The notes beneath the pieces are model-generated. The model saw only the letters and a program-made list of their open reading frames with translations, did not search any database and had not been told where the DNA came from. The position numbers and the translations under genes are program-made. A DNA stretch of 64,000 bases from a bacterium. GTDB taxonomy: Bacteria; SAR324; NAC60-12. The stretch covers positions 3,072,001 to 3,136,000 of the forward strand of contig OZ242383.1 of assembly GCA_965209155.1 (NCBI GenBank), in the 5' to 3' direction. Of the stretch, positions 56,801 to 64,000 are shown piece by piece; position 1 is the first letter of the stretch, and each line of letters begins with the position of its first letter.

Positions 56801-59607
56801 GCGTTGTCTTTTACGGCACCCGCCAGCTTCTCCATCAGGTCTAACCGGCCGCAGAGCCATGACATCTCTGTGGCCTCCTCATGCAGGGATAAGGCCAGGG
56901 GGTATTGCCGTTTCCAGGCGGCTTCTGAAAGCTCCAGGCCGATGGTAAAATATTCCAGGGCCTGTTCAAAAGCTGAAGCCGCCCTGGCCTTAAGACCGGC
57001 TTTCAGGTTGAGTTCCGCCAGGTGCGATCGGTCTTTCCATTTATCCTTCACCCTCCGGGCCAGGTTGAAATGATGGACGATGTCAAAAAGCAGAGCTTCA
57101 CCTTTCTCCGGAGCGTATTGCTTGAGCAGGGTCTGACCGATTTGAAGATGGACCGTCTGTTTCTCCTTTTGGGCAATGAGGGCATAGGCAGCCTGCTGCA
57201 CCCGGTCATGCAGGAATTTGTAACTGCCGCTCTCCACGCTCGCTCCGGCGGTCGGATTATCCAGATCCGGGGCCCGGGAAAAACCGAGAATCAACCCGGT
57301 TTCCAGGGCCGGTAACAGGTTCTCATCGATCTCCCCGCTTCCTTCTCCGCTGATCAGCTCCAACGATTCCAGGTCAAAAGTATTGCCGATGCAGGCCGCC
57401 AGGCTCAAGAGTCGCCTGGTTTCAGAGGAAAACCGGTGGAACCGGTCAACCAGCAACGCCACCACATTATCGGTCACCGACAGGAACTCGATGGCAGCCA
57501 GCTCCCAAATCCATCGTTTTTCCTCAGGTGAGTAGTGGATCAGGTCCTTCTCGGAGAGTACGGTCAAGAATTGGCTCACAAAGAAGGGATTGCCGCCGGT
57601 TTTGCGCACCAGGAGCTCGGCCAGCGGTTTGGCCTCTTCGGGACGGCAGTGGCAGGTATGGACGAGCAGTTGTGAGATGTTCTCTGGTTTGAGGGGCTTT
57701 AAGGGGATCCTTTGCAGCGGCTGGCCCGTTTTTTTGATCACCTCACAACTGTTCATCAACCGATGATCGACATCCACCTCGTTGTCGCGATAGGCCCCCA
57801 GGAAAAGCAGAGGTTTCCTCTCCGGATCCTGAGCGATCCGTTCCACCAGCTTGAGGGTATCAGCGTCCACCCACTGCAAGTCGTCCAGAAAAATAACCAG
57901 CGGATGGGTTTTTTCACAGAAAACAGAGATGAAATCCAGTAAAACGGCAGTGAAACGGTTGCGGGCCTCCAGCGCTCCCATTTCCGGCAGCGGGGGTTGC
58001 GGGCCGATCACCTGTTCCAGTTCCGGGATCACCCGGGTCACCAGTTGTCCGTTGGGTCCCAGGGCCGCCCGTATCCTGCTTTTCCAACGCTCCATTCCGG
58101 ACTTGCATTTGGCCGATACCTCCCGGATGAGTCCCCTCAATGCCTGGATCAGGGCGCTGTAGGGGATATTGTGCCGGAGCTGGTCAAACTTGCCGGAGAG
58201 GAAGAAACCGTTTTTTTGGGCAACGGACTGGTGAATTTCACCGACCAGGGCGGTTTTGCCGACACCGGCGGATCCCGAGACCAGCACCATCTCGGTCGCT
58301 CCCTGGCTGACTCGCTCCAGGGCGGCTTCCAGTGCAGCGATTTCATCCTCCCGGCCGTAAATCCCCGAGGCGATCTGCAGTTCTTTAGGCATATCATGGC
58401 GGCCCAGGGGAAAGTCGGACAGGCTCCCCTGGTTTTCGAGTTGCTCCACACATGCTAAGAGATCGGATGCCAGACCCGAGTGACTCTGGTAGCGCGCCTC
58501 GGCACGCTTGGCCAGCAGTTTCATCACCAGGCGGGAAAGGACTCCGGGTACTTGCGGCGTAATTTTGTCCAGGGGTACGGGCTGCCGGGCAATGTGAGCG
58601 TGGATGATTTCCATGGCCTCCCGAGAGTGGAAAGGCACTCTCCCGCTGAAAAGTTCGTAAAGGGTGGCCCCCAGGGAATAAAAATCACTGCGATAATCAA
58701 GCGGGCGGTTCATCCGACCGGTCTGCTCGGGGGAGATATAGGGCAGGGTTTCCCCGCTAAGCTGTGGACTCAACATCGTCGAATTTTCCCGGGGAAGCCG
58801 AGTGGCCAGGCCGAAGCCGGTCAGTTTGACCGTTCCCGATGCCGGATCGACAAAAATATTGAACGGATTGATCATTTTATGCAAGATGCCCTGCCGGTGC
58901 GCTTCTTTCAGAATACCGGTCAGAGAAAGCGCAACCTTCAGCGAGTCCAGCAAGTCGAGCCGGGTGGTATCCATCAGCTTTCTCAAAGGGAGCCCTTCCG
59001 TGTTTTCAAGGATTAATGCCCATCCGTTTTCACACGCCACCAGTTCCTCTGCCCTGAGGACCCCATCAATCTCCAGAGCCTGAGTGATCTCATGTTCATG
59101 CCGTATTTCCGCCAGCTCCTGAGAGCTCTGCTCGGAAACCGATCCCTTGATCAGAACCCAAAGCCCATCGCTTTGCCGCCTGCCGCGCCAAAGCCAGGTC
59201 CGCCCACTTTCAAAAATGACCTCCTCCAGCAAATAACCCGGAATCTCAGGTTTTTCCAGACTGGTAATAGACTTCGTTTTGTTCACAACCGGTTTTAGAG
59301 GTCCAGGAGACAATTTATCGTTTTGATCTCCTTTATTCTTCTTCGCATCCGCCGGATCACGGCCCAGGACCACCTCATGCAATAGGTTCTTGGCAATGTT
59401 GCGGGCTTCTTTGGTGGTCAAAACCCCATGGGTGCCAATGGTATAGCGTCTCTGTCGTCCCTTGATGCGGTACTGCAGCAGGTACACCCGTCTGCCCTTG
59501 GGGGTTATTTTACAGCCGAACATCGGCAGTTCCGTGTCCCATAATGTGCGGTCTTTAGCCCCAGGCTTGAGGGATTCGACAGTTTGTTTAGTGATTTTGT
59601 CTTTCAT
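53806..59607 (-). CDS. Giant sigma54-dependent activator B: integrase arm-binding domain (DUF4102-like), pseudokinase, STAND ATPase, helical repeats, GAF, sigma54 AAA+, Fis HTH
   Basis: KITKQTVESLKP...LWDTELPMFGCKITPKGRRVYLLQYR...RRYTIGTHG..LTTKEAR...GRDP; remaining motifs as in activator A; HTH ISRTTLFNK. The ORF-track extension to 59880 is read-through of the upstream repeat. Confidence 0.9.
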   Translation of the reverse strand: MKDKITKQTVESLKPGAKDRTLWDTELPMFGCKITPKGRRVYLLQYRIKGRQRRYTIGTHGVLTTKEARNIAKNLLHEVVLGRDPADAKKNKGDQNDKLSPGPLKPVVNKTKSITSLEKPEIPGYLLEEVIFESGRTWLWRGRRQSDGLWVLIKGSVSEQSSQELAEIRHEHEITQALEIDGVLRAEELVACENGWALILENTEGLPLRKLMDTTRLDLLDSLKVALSLTGILKEAHRQGILHKMINPFNIFVDPASGTVKLTGFGLATRLPRENSTMLSPQLSGETLPYISPEQTGRMNRPLDYRSDFYSLGATLYELFSGRVPFHSREAMEIIHAHIARQPVPLDKITPQVPGVLSRLVMKLLAKRAEARYQSHSGLASDLLACVEQLENQGSLSDFPLGRHDMPKELQIASGIYGREDEIAALEAALERVSQGATEMVLVSGSAGVGKTALVGEIHQSVAQKNGFFLSGKFDQLRHNIPYSALIQALRGLIREVSAKCKSGMERWKSRIRAALGPNGQLVTRVIPELEQVIGPQPPLPEMGALEARNRFTAVLLDFISVFCEKTHPLVIFLDDLQWVDADTLKLVERIAQDPERKPLLFLGAYRDNEVDVDHRLMNSCEVIKKTGQPLQRIPLKPLKPENISQLLVHTCHCRPEEAKPLAELLVRKTGGNPFFVSQFLTVLSEKDLIHYSPEEKRWIWELAAIEFLSVTDNVVALLVDRFHRFSSETRRLLSLAACIGNTFDLESLELISGEGSGEIDENLLPALETGLILGFSRAPDLDNPTAGASVESGSYKFLHDRVQQAAYALIAQKEKQTVHLQIGQTLLKQYAPEKGEALLFDIVHHFNLARRVKDKWKDRSHLAELNLKAGLKARAASAFEQALEYFTIGLELSEAAWKRQYPLALSLHEEATEMSWLCGRLDLMEKLAGAVKDNAREDLDLANVYRCRIKAYTIRGELKKAMETCEEILEKLGCQLSRMSPDQWQQTLVQIKSSLAGKSVADVMRFEPLTQPHAEVLVHILYRLHTAYGEAGVTLDDGLWQPIAAKRISLLLNHFHPEYSPEFYCLLGLIYCEFMQDFEFGYELGRLGMQLMEAFALKKINCRVSRVFNLSIRFYREPLSASLDPLLEAHKMGIETGDFYNAGQSAVARCQIAFMCGKELNWLKGELSTLKADLKKIDFIIGSPRVEMLTKAVTILMEEPSSLSNGIMDQYHRVTSAEYVYQEQSSFNYQKLVLQTLFEEYEASRETVFDMTNLMKTYKDALVDPLANCYLSLALLAVCDQGSEGEKEEILTQVDDNQETLEKLARSAPPNYRHKHHLVEAERLRVLEGQSDAILSHYDQAIALARESGFIHEEALANELAARYLLSQGQNIPARTYLKAALEKYEAWGAKRKVAHLKSRYPELIADNLTEAVASPSANLDLATILKASEAISSTLELEPLLEILLGILMENAGAQTAALLLESEGRSLIAARGSSEQVEYFLPLSLPVEKAGSLSLSIISRVKQTREHLVLDNSSREERFAMDDYIKRVRPKSILCAPITHQSALTGIIYLENNLVEGAFTPRRFEVIKHLSSQIAISLENARLHENLKKALDELKASETSLREENVRLRARTKDRFRFGDIIGKSEPMQRVYELILQAAATDMNVILYGESGTGKELVSRAIHEASDRKEHVYFPVNLGAIPENLIESEFFGHKKGAFTGADSDQRGFLHLTDKGTLFLDELADIGLNLQVKLLRVLEGNGFTPLGTTEVIKPDIRFIAASNQDLSHRVKTGQIREDFYYRIHVFPIRLPTLRERKEDIPLLVEHFLNSTAPFQKGKPITARVLEALQAYDWPGNVRELQNTLHRYVSQGEVDFPGERINSKISETSNFGDSIYPRKMALDHAVADYEKATILNALKNFQGHKVKTAAALRISRTTLFNKMKKYGIDERR

Positions 59608-59622
59608 GGCTCTGGCCTGACT

Positions 59623-60035
59623 GCGATAGCAAATAGATAACAATTCCTCTGAAATGTCAGGAGTTGGGTCGTCTTGATCAAGAGATAGTAAACAAATAGG
59701 ACGCAATCTGTCAACGGAATTGTTTGACTGGTGGCTGGCCGAATTCTGGAGAGATGAAATGAAGAGTAGCTTACCGGACTTTGCTCTAATTGGGATAGCA
59801 AATAGATAACAATTCCTCTGAAATGTCAGGAGCTGGGTCGTCTTGGTCAAGCGGATAAATAGTAAACAAAGAGGACGCAATCCGTCAACGGATCGGAAGC
59901 TCTGAGAACAGATTGTTTGGCTGGTGGATGGCCGAATTCTGGAGAGATGAAATGAGGAGAAGCTTACCGAACTTTAGTCTAATTGCGATACCAAATAGAT
60001 ACCAATTGCTCTGAAAAGTCAGGAGCTGGGTTGCC
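59623..60035. repeat. Tandem ~170-190 bp repeat (two full units plus a partial) upstream of activator B
   Basis: GATA(G/C)CAAATAGATA(A/C)CAATT(C/G)CTCTGAAA recurs at 59625, 59794 and 59987 (periods 169 and 193). Confidence 0.9.
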
Positions 60036-60328
60036 GCATGAGATTCAGGAACCGGTATTCCGCATTGGCTAAAAACTGCGGAGCTTTTCGAACTTGAGTT
60101 GCTTGCTCATAAGCATAGGCTAATTTGATAAGCGTGGGTTCTTGATAAGCGCCTCCAAAAAATGAAACGCCGACAGGGAGCCCGAAGATAAATCCAGTAG
60201 GAACTGTAATGCCAGGATAACCCGCCACTGCGGGAAACAGGGAGCTTTTGCTGTTATAAGGGTGATCTCCATTGATCAAATCGGTGGTCCAGGCAGGGAT
60301 CCCTGTCGGTGCCACAATCGCATCCAGT
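60036..60328 (-). pseudogene. C-terminal fragment of an amidase
   Basis: LDAIVAPT...PAVAGYPGITVPTG...GLPVGVSF...EPTLIKLAYAYEQAT. Confidence 0.8.
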
Positions 60329-60424
60329 GGAGGATGCATTTTTAATGTCCACTCAACCCCTCGTAATCCGGAGGCGCATGCTAAAAGGATTTACAGAGCC
60401 GTGGATAATTGTCACCATCATTGA
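60329..60424 (+). pseudogene. C-terminal remnant of a small putative toxin gene
   Basis: GGCIFNVHSTPRNPEAHAKRIYRAVDNCHHH*; the STPRNP..HAK tail is one I recall upstream of the next gene family. Confidence 0.5.
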
Positions 60425-60470
60425 AAATAGCCTCTCCTCCTGCATTGATACCCCGTAAGGAAAATAGGCG

Positions 60471-60707
60471 ATGAAAACGTATGAATTTACTCTCACCATT
60501 TCAGAGATAGACGACGAAACTGCCGAAGCGATCTATGGCATATGCTCCGATTCAAGCGTGGGTCAGTGCCATGGTACCAGTTATGTTGCCTTTGATCGAG
60601 AGTCTGAGAGTCTAGAAATGGCGATAGATTCGGCAATCTCGGACCTACGTGGTATTGGTGTTGAGCCTTTACGAATCGAAATGGATGTTCAAGCAACGGT
60701 AGCGTAG
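60471..60707 (+). CDS. Small acidic protein, putative HicB-like antitoxin without HTH
   Basis: MKTYEFTL...FDRESESLEMAIDSAISDL; AAGGA upstream. Confidence 0.55.
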   Translation: MKTYEFTLTISEIDDETAEAIYGICSDSSVGQCHGTSYVAFDRESESLEMAIDSAISDLRGIGVEPLRIEMDVQATVA

Positions 60708-60738
60708 TCAAAAAAAGCCCTGGCCAGAGCGCCAGCGA

Positions 60739-61022
60739 CTATTCATACCGCACTCTCGGGTCCAGATAGGGATAAATCAGGTCGATGAGGAGATTGAGCC
60801 CCACCACCCCGGTGGCGAAAAAGAGGTTGACTCCGGAGACCATCGGGTAGTCTCGGTCATTGTGAGCATTCACCAGGAGACGACCGGGCCCCGGCAGGTT
60901 GAAGAGGTTCTCCATGATCACGGCGCCCCCCACCAGGATCGGCAACTGCAGGCCGATCAGAGGGATAACCGGGATGAGGGCATTTTTGAGGGTGTGCCAG
61001 ATCATCACGACCCGCTCCTTCA
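60739..61022 (-). pseudogene. C-terminal fragment of a DppB-like permease
   Basis: ERVVMIWHTLKNALIPV...MENLFNLPG...RDYPMV...LDPRVRY; 5' part missing. Confidence 0.85.
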
Positions 61023-61071
61023 TTTCAATCGAGAAAATTAAAGACAAATTAATACTTGACCCCTTTCCGAG

Positions 61072-61817
61072 CTACTTCTTCTTGTAGGTATCACTACCTT
61101 TGAACGGTCCGTCGCGCCAGGCCAGCGCGTCCTTGAGCCCATGCTCGCGCATCATGTCCTGGTACTGGTAGGTGCGCTCGGTGCACTGGCCCATCGCGTC
61201 GAGGTCGGTACTGCTGCGCACGGACGAGTAGATTCCCATGTTCTCGTAGAAGCGATTCATGTTGACCTTGAGGATCGCGAGATGGTCGGCGGACATGATC
61301 GCGAGCCGGTCGGCAAACGCGAGGGTTCGCTGGTTCGGGAGGTACCGAGGCGCACTCCCGGGTGTCCGAGTTGTGCGTCCTCGGCGGCAACGACAAGATC
61401 GGCCATCATCGCCAGTTCGCAGCCGCCGGCAATCGCATAGCCGTGCACCTGCGCAATGGTAACCTTCGCCATATTCCAGAAATACATGTGGATATCGGTG
61501 ATCTGCTGCATGCCAGTCCTGATACCCATCAGGAGCCGGCGATCTTTGGCGTCTCGCTGCTTGTGACTGCGGACGACCGCGTCCGCACCCCCGCGCGACG
61601 GCGTGAGATCGTAACCTGCACTGAAAGTTCTGCCTTCGCCGCGCACGATTATCACGCGTACGTCGCTATCGGCCTCCATGTCGTGGAGCGCCTCGTTCAG
61701 TTCATACAGCAACTCTTCGGAGAGCGCGTTCATTTTCTCCGGTCGGTTGAGGGTGATACGGCCGACGCGTCCATCGGTACCGACGTGGTCCGTCTTGATA
61801 TATTCAAAATCGCTCAT
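61072..61817 (-). pseudogene. Enoyl-CoA hydratase with an internal deletion and frameshift
   Basis: NRPEKMNAL, FSAGYD, HGYAIAGGCE, then a frame change near 61330; the C-terminus continues in ORF 61072-61296. Confidence 0.8.
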
Positions 61818-61890
61818 GGTTGTTCTCCTTTCATGGTGGATACCTATTCAAATTAATAAAGAATTCGTAGATTCGAGAAGTTCCCTTTTT

Positions 61891-61988
61891 TTACCCACCC
61901 CTAAATCCCCTCCAAGGAGGGGACTTTCTAGGCAAAATTTCATATCCCCTCTTGGGAGGGGTGGACGCGGAGCGGACGGAGTGGGTAA
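61891..61988. repeat. REP/MITE-like palindromic element
   Basis: TTACCCAC...GTGGGTAA ends enclosing two CCCCTC..GGAGGGG hairpins. Confidence 0.65.
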
Positions 61989-62097
61989 CCTTATCCAGAA
62001 CTCACATTACGTTAGGATGTGAAGTATGGACCATAGAAACGGCGTTTTACATTTTCTTCCAATCCGTTCCTTCCTGAAACCCATGGGCGGCATGGTA

Positions 62098-63533
62098 TCA
62101 AGAATTGCTACCACGAGCAAATTCAACAAACCAGTCGATGGATTCCGGATTGCCCATGGCATCACGGTTGGCTGAGGTATTTGCGGACTTGCCCAACAAA
62201 ATTTTCTTGACAGGGACTTCCATTTTTTTACCTGAGATCGTGTAAGGGACTGCCTGAATCGCAAAGATCTCATTGGGGGCTTGGCGAGCCGAGAGATGGG
62301 TGCGAATTTTGTTCATGATTCCGCTTCGTAGGGTTTCTGGCATTCCCGTGTCTCTCAGACTGGGTTTCTCCGTTGTCGATGCTTTGCCTGCGACTTCAGG
62401 GTCTGTCAAGACCACAAAAAGTGCGAGATAGGAGGGCTTGCCCAGATATTCCAAATCCACCACCAAGGAATCGGCCACTTCAGGGAAGGATTCCACCACT
62501 CGATAAATCTCACTGCTCCCCATCCGAATGCCTTGGCGGTTGATCGTGGCATCGGAGCGGCCGAATACAATGCCTCCGACGGCCTCTGGATGGGAAATCA
62601 ATTGCAGCCAGTCCCCATGCCGCCATACACCAGGAAAAGTGTCGAAATAACTTTCATAGTAACGCCGACCCTCTGGATCTCCCCAAAACCCGATAGGCAG
62701 GCAGGGGATAGGTTTCGTCATCACTAGTTCTCCAGCGGGTGAGCAAAGGGCACCGGGGTAAAAATCAGGTTCAGAGGGTGTGCTGATGGTCTCTGCAAAG
62801 GAAACCACTTGGGGCGGTTTGCCTTCCCTCAAAGCACTGAGGTCCAATTCATTGGACGCATGGAGATAAGGAATAAAAATAACGGTATCCACCGAGGGCA
62901 GTTGTTTGACGAGATCGACCACGACTTCCCGCCTATCGTAGTCCTTTCCCTTGTAACGGTAACCGTCGATGGTGAAAAGAATCTTGGGCTCAATTTGATG
63001 GAATCGGTCCAGCACACTGGCAATCCCCATTTCTGGGGAAGCCATTGACCAAATTGCCCCGCAACTGCTGACAGACAACAGGGCCACAGCCGTTTCCGGG
63101 ATGTTGGGCAGATAGGCCGCAGCACAGTCGCCCATTTCGAGACCAAACTGTTTCATGCTGGCGGTGAGGGCGCCTGTTTGCTCACACAGGCTTTGCCAGG
63201 ACACTTCCACGCGGGGGCATTCACAGATTCTGCTTGAGTGCCAGGGGCCAGGATGTGTTCGGCATAGTTGAGCGTAGCCCCCTCAAACCAACTCACTCCC
63301 GGCATTTCTTGCTGATTGACCACCCTCTGGTAGGGGCGATGGCTAATCACCTCCCCATATTCCCAAATGCTTTCCCAAAACGCTTCAAACTCCTCGGTTG
63401 ACCATTGCCAGAGGGCTTCGTAATGATCGAAATGGAGCCCCTTGTGTTCCTTGAGCCAGGCACGATAGGCCGTCATTTGGGCTTCAGCAATGCGTTGAGG
63501 ACTGGGACGCCAGAGCGGTTCTTTTGTCATCAT
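62098..63533 (-). pseudogene. Acetoacetate-CoA ligase, frameshifted and internally deleted
   Basis: PLWRPS...WFEGATLNYAE in one frame, then a frame change near 63210. The adenylation P-loop region is missing (PDFYP jumps to GELVMTKP). WRHGD, GRSDAT and SGKKMEVP are present. Confidence 0.85.
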
Positions 63534-63607
63534 GACTCATCTTTCTTAGTTAAATTGAAACGGAAATAAGTTTACATAATTTCGAGAAAGGGCATTTCGA
63601 GTTTCTC

Positions 63608-64000
63608 TTATTGATTGTTAGTGGCCATTTTGGAGACCAGAGTTCTATAATCGTATTCATCATCACCCTCATAGCGAGGCGCATATTGGGTGAAAGCTTT
63701 CGAGATTTGATGATAGCGTTCTTCGATTCTAACAATGTTATAGGCGTGGGATACGACAAGAAACTCTTCGTTTTTTAATTGTTCAATAACAATGTCTGCG
63801 TATTTGTCTGTATCCATTGCCATCTTCATCTCTGCTTCGGAGCCTATTTCAGAACGGACGAAGCCCGGACAAATAAGACTGACAGATATAAAATCAGGGA
63901 CCTCTTCGGCAAGGGCTTCTGTCAGGGAAAAAACCGCGTGTTTGGAAGACATATAGGGAGAGGCAAGGGGAACAGAATTAAATAAGCTGGTCTCAGAGCC
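63608..64000 (-). CDS. SDR-family oxidoreductase, C-terminal part (runs off the window)
   Basis: YMSSKHAV (YxxxK), ICPGFVRS. Confidence 0.75.
   Translation of the reverse strand, partial: GSETSLFNSVPLASPYMSSKHAVFSLTEALAEEVPDFISVSLICPGFVRSEIGSEAEMKMAMDTDKYADIVIEQLKNEEFLVVSHAYNIVRIEERYHQISKAFTQYAPRYEGDDEYDYRTLVSKMATNNQ

Noticed and set aside
59340..59607. Active prophage or island integrase
   Set aside because: Only the arm-binding domain is present; there is no core-binding or R-H-R-Y catalytic domain, no tRNA and no phage genes.
59608..59880. 91-aa N-terminal extension of activator B, and ORFs 59604-59801 and 27069-27395
   Set aside because: These are translations of the tandem repeat in shifting frames; the unit length of 169 is not a multiple of 3, and the recognisable domain starts at ATG 59607.
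59623..60035. CRISPR array
   Set aside because: Whole 170-190 bp units are homologous, there are no unique spacers, and no cas genes are in the window.
1..64000. tRNA, rRNA or riboswitch
   Set aside because: None recognised by eye; tRNAscan-SE and Infernal/Rfam would be needed to exclude them.

Overview
Bacterial chromosomal window (gene content suggests a deltaproteobacterium-like organism; inference only). It has three zones. (1) 1-6.5 kb is the tail of an anti-phage island: an ABC-type ATPase C-terminus, a TOPRIM-like protein, a DUF499 AAA+ ATPase, a second ABC-type ATPase and a 26-codon stub of its partner. (2) 6.5-25.4 kb is housekeeping: pdxJ, SDR, crotonase, thioredoxin-TPR, sirtuin, lipoate ligase, long-form isocitrate lyase, bamD, glyQS, rplM-rpsI. 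(3) 25.5-64 kb is an accessory region built from two paralogous ~16-18 kb modules plus gene debris. Each module contains a ~1950-2000 aa pseudokinase-STAND ATPase-helical repeat-GAF-sigma54 activator, a variable passenger (phosphatase or hicAB), a conserved enhancer/IHF/sigma54 promoter block, a different ABC importer operon, an acyl-CoA ligase, CoA-transferase-like genes and a four-helix-bundle cassette. The two activators are near-identical except in three places. Their N-termini come from different mobile-element recombinases (IS1595 Zn-ribbon/HTH versus integrase arm-binding domain), each with tandemly repeated putative cognate sites upstream. They differ in patches of the helical sensor region. 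Their HTH recognition helices also differ, and this is mirrored by six symmetric substitutions in the three enhancer sites of the downstream promoters. All family assignments are by motif recognition; no searches were run.
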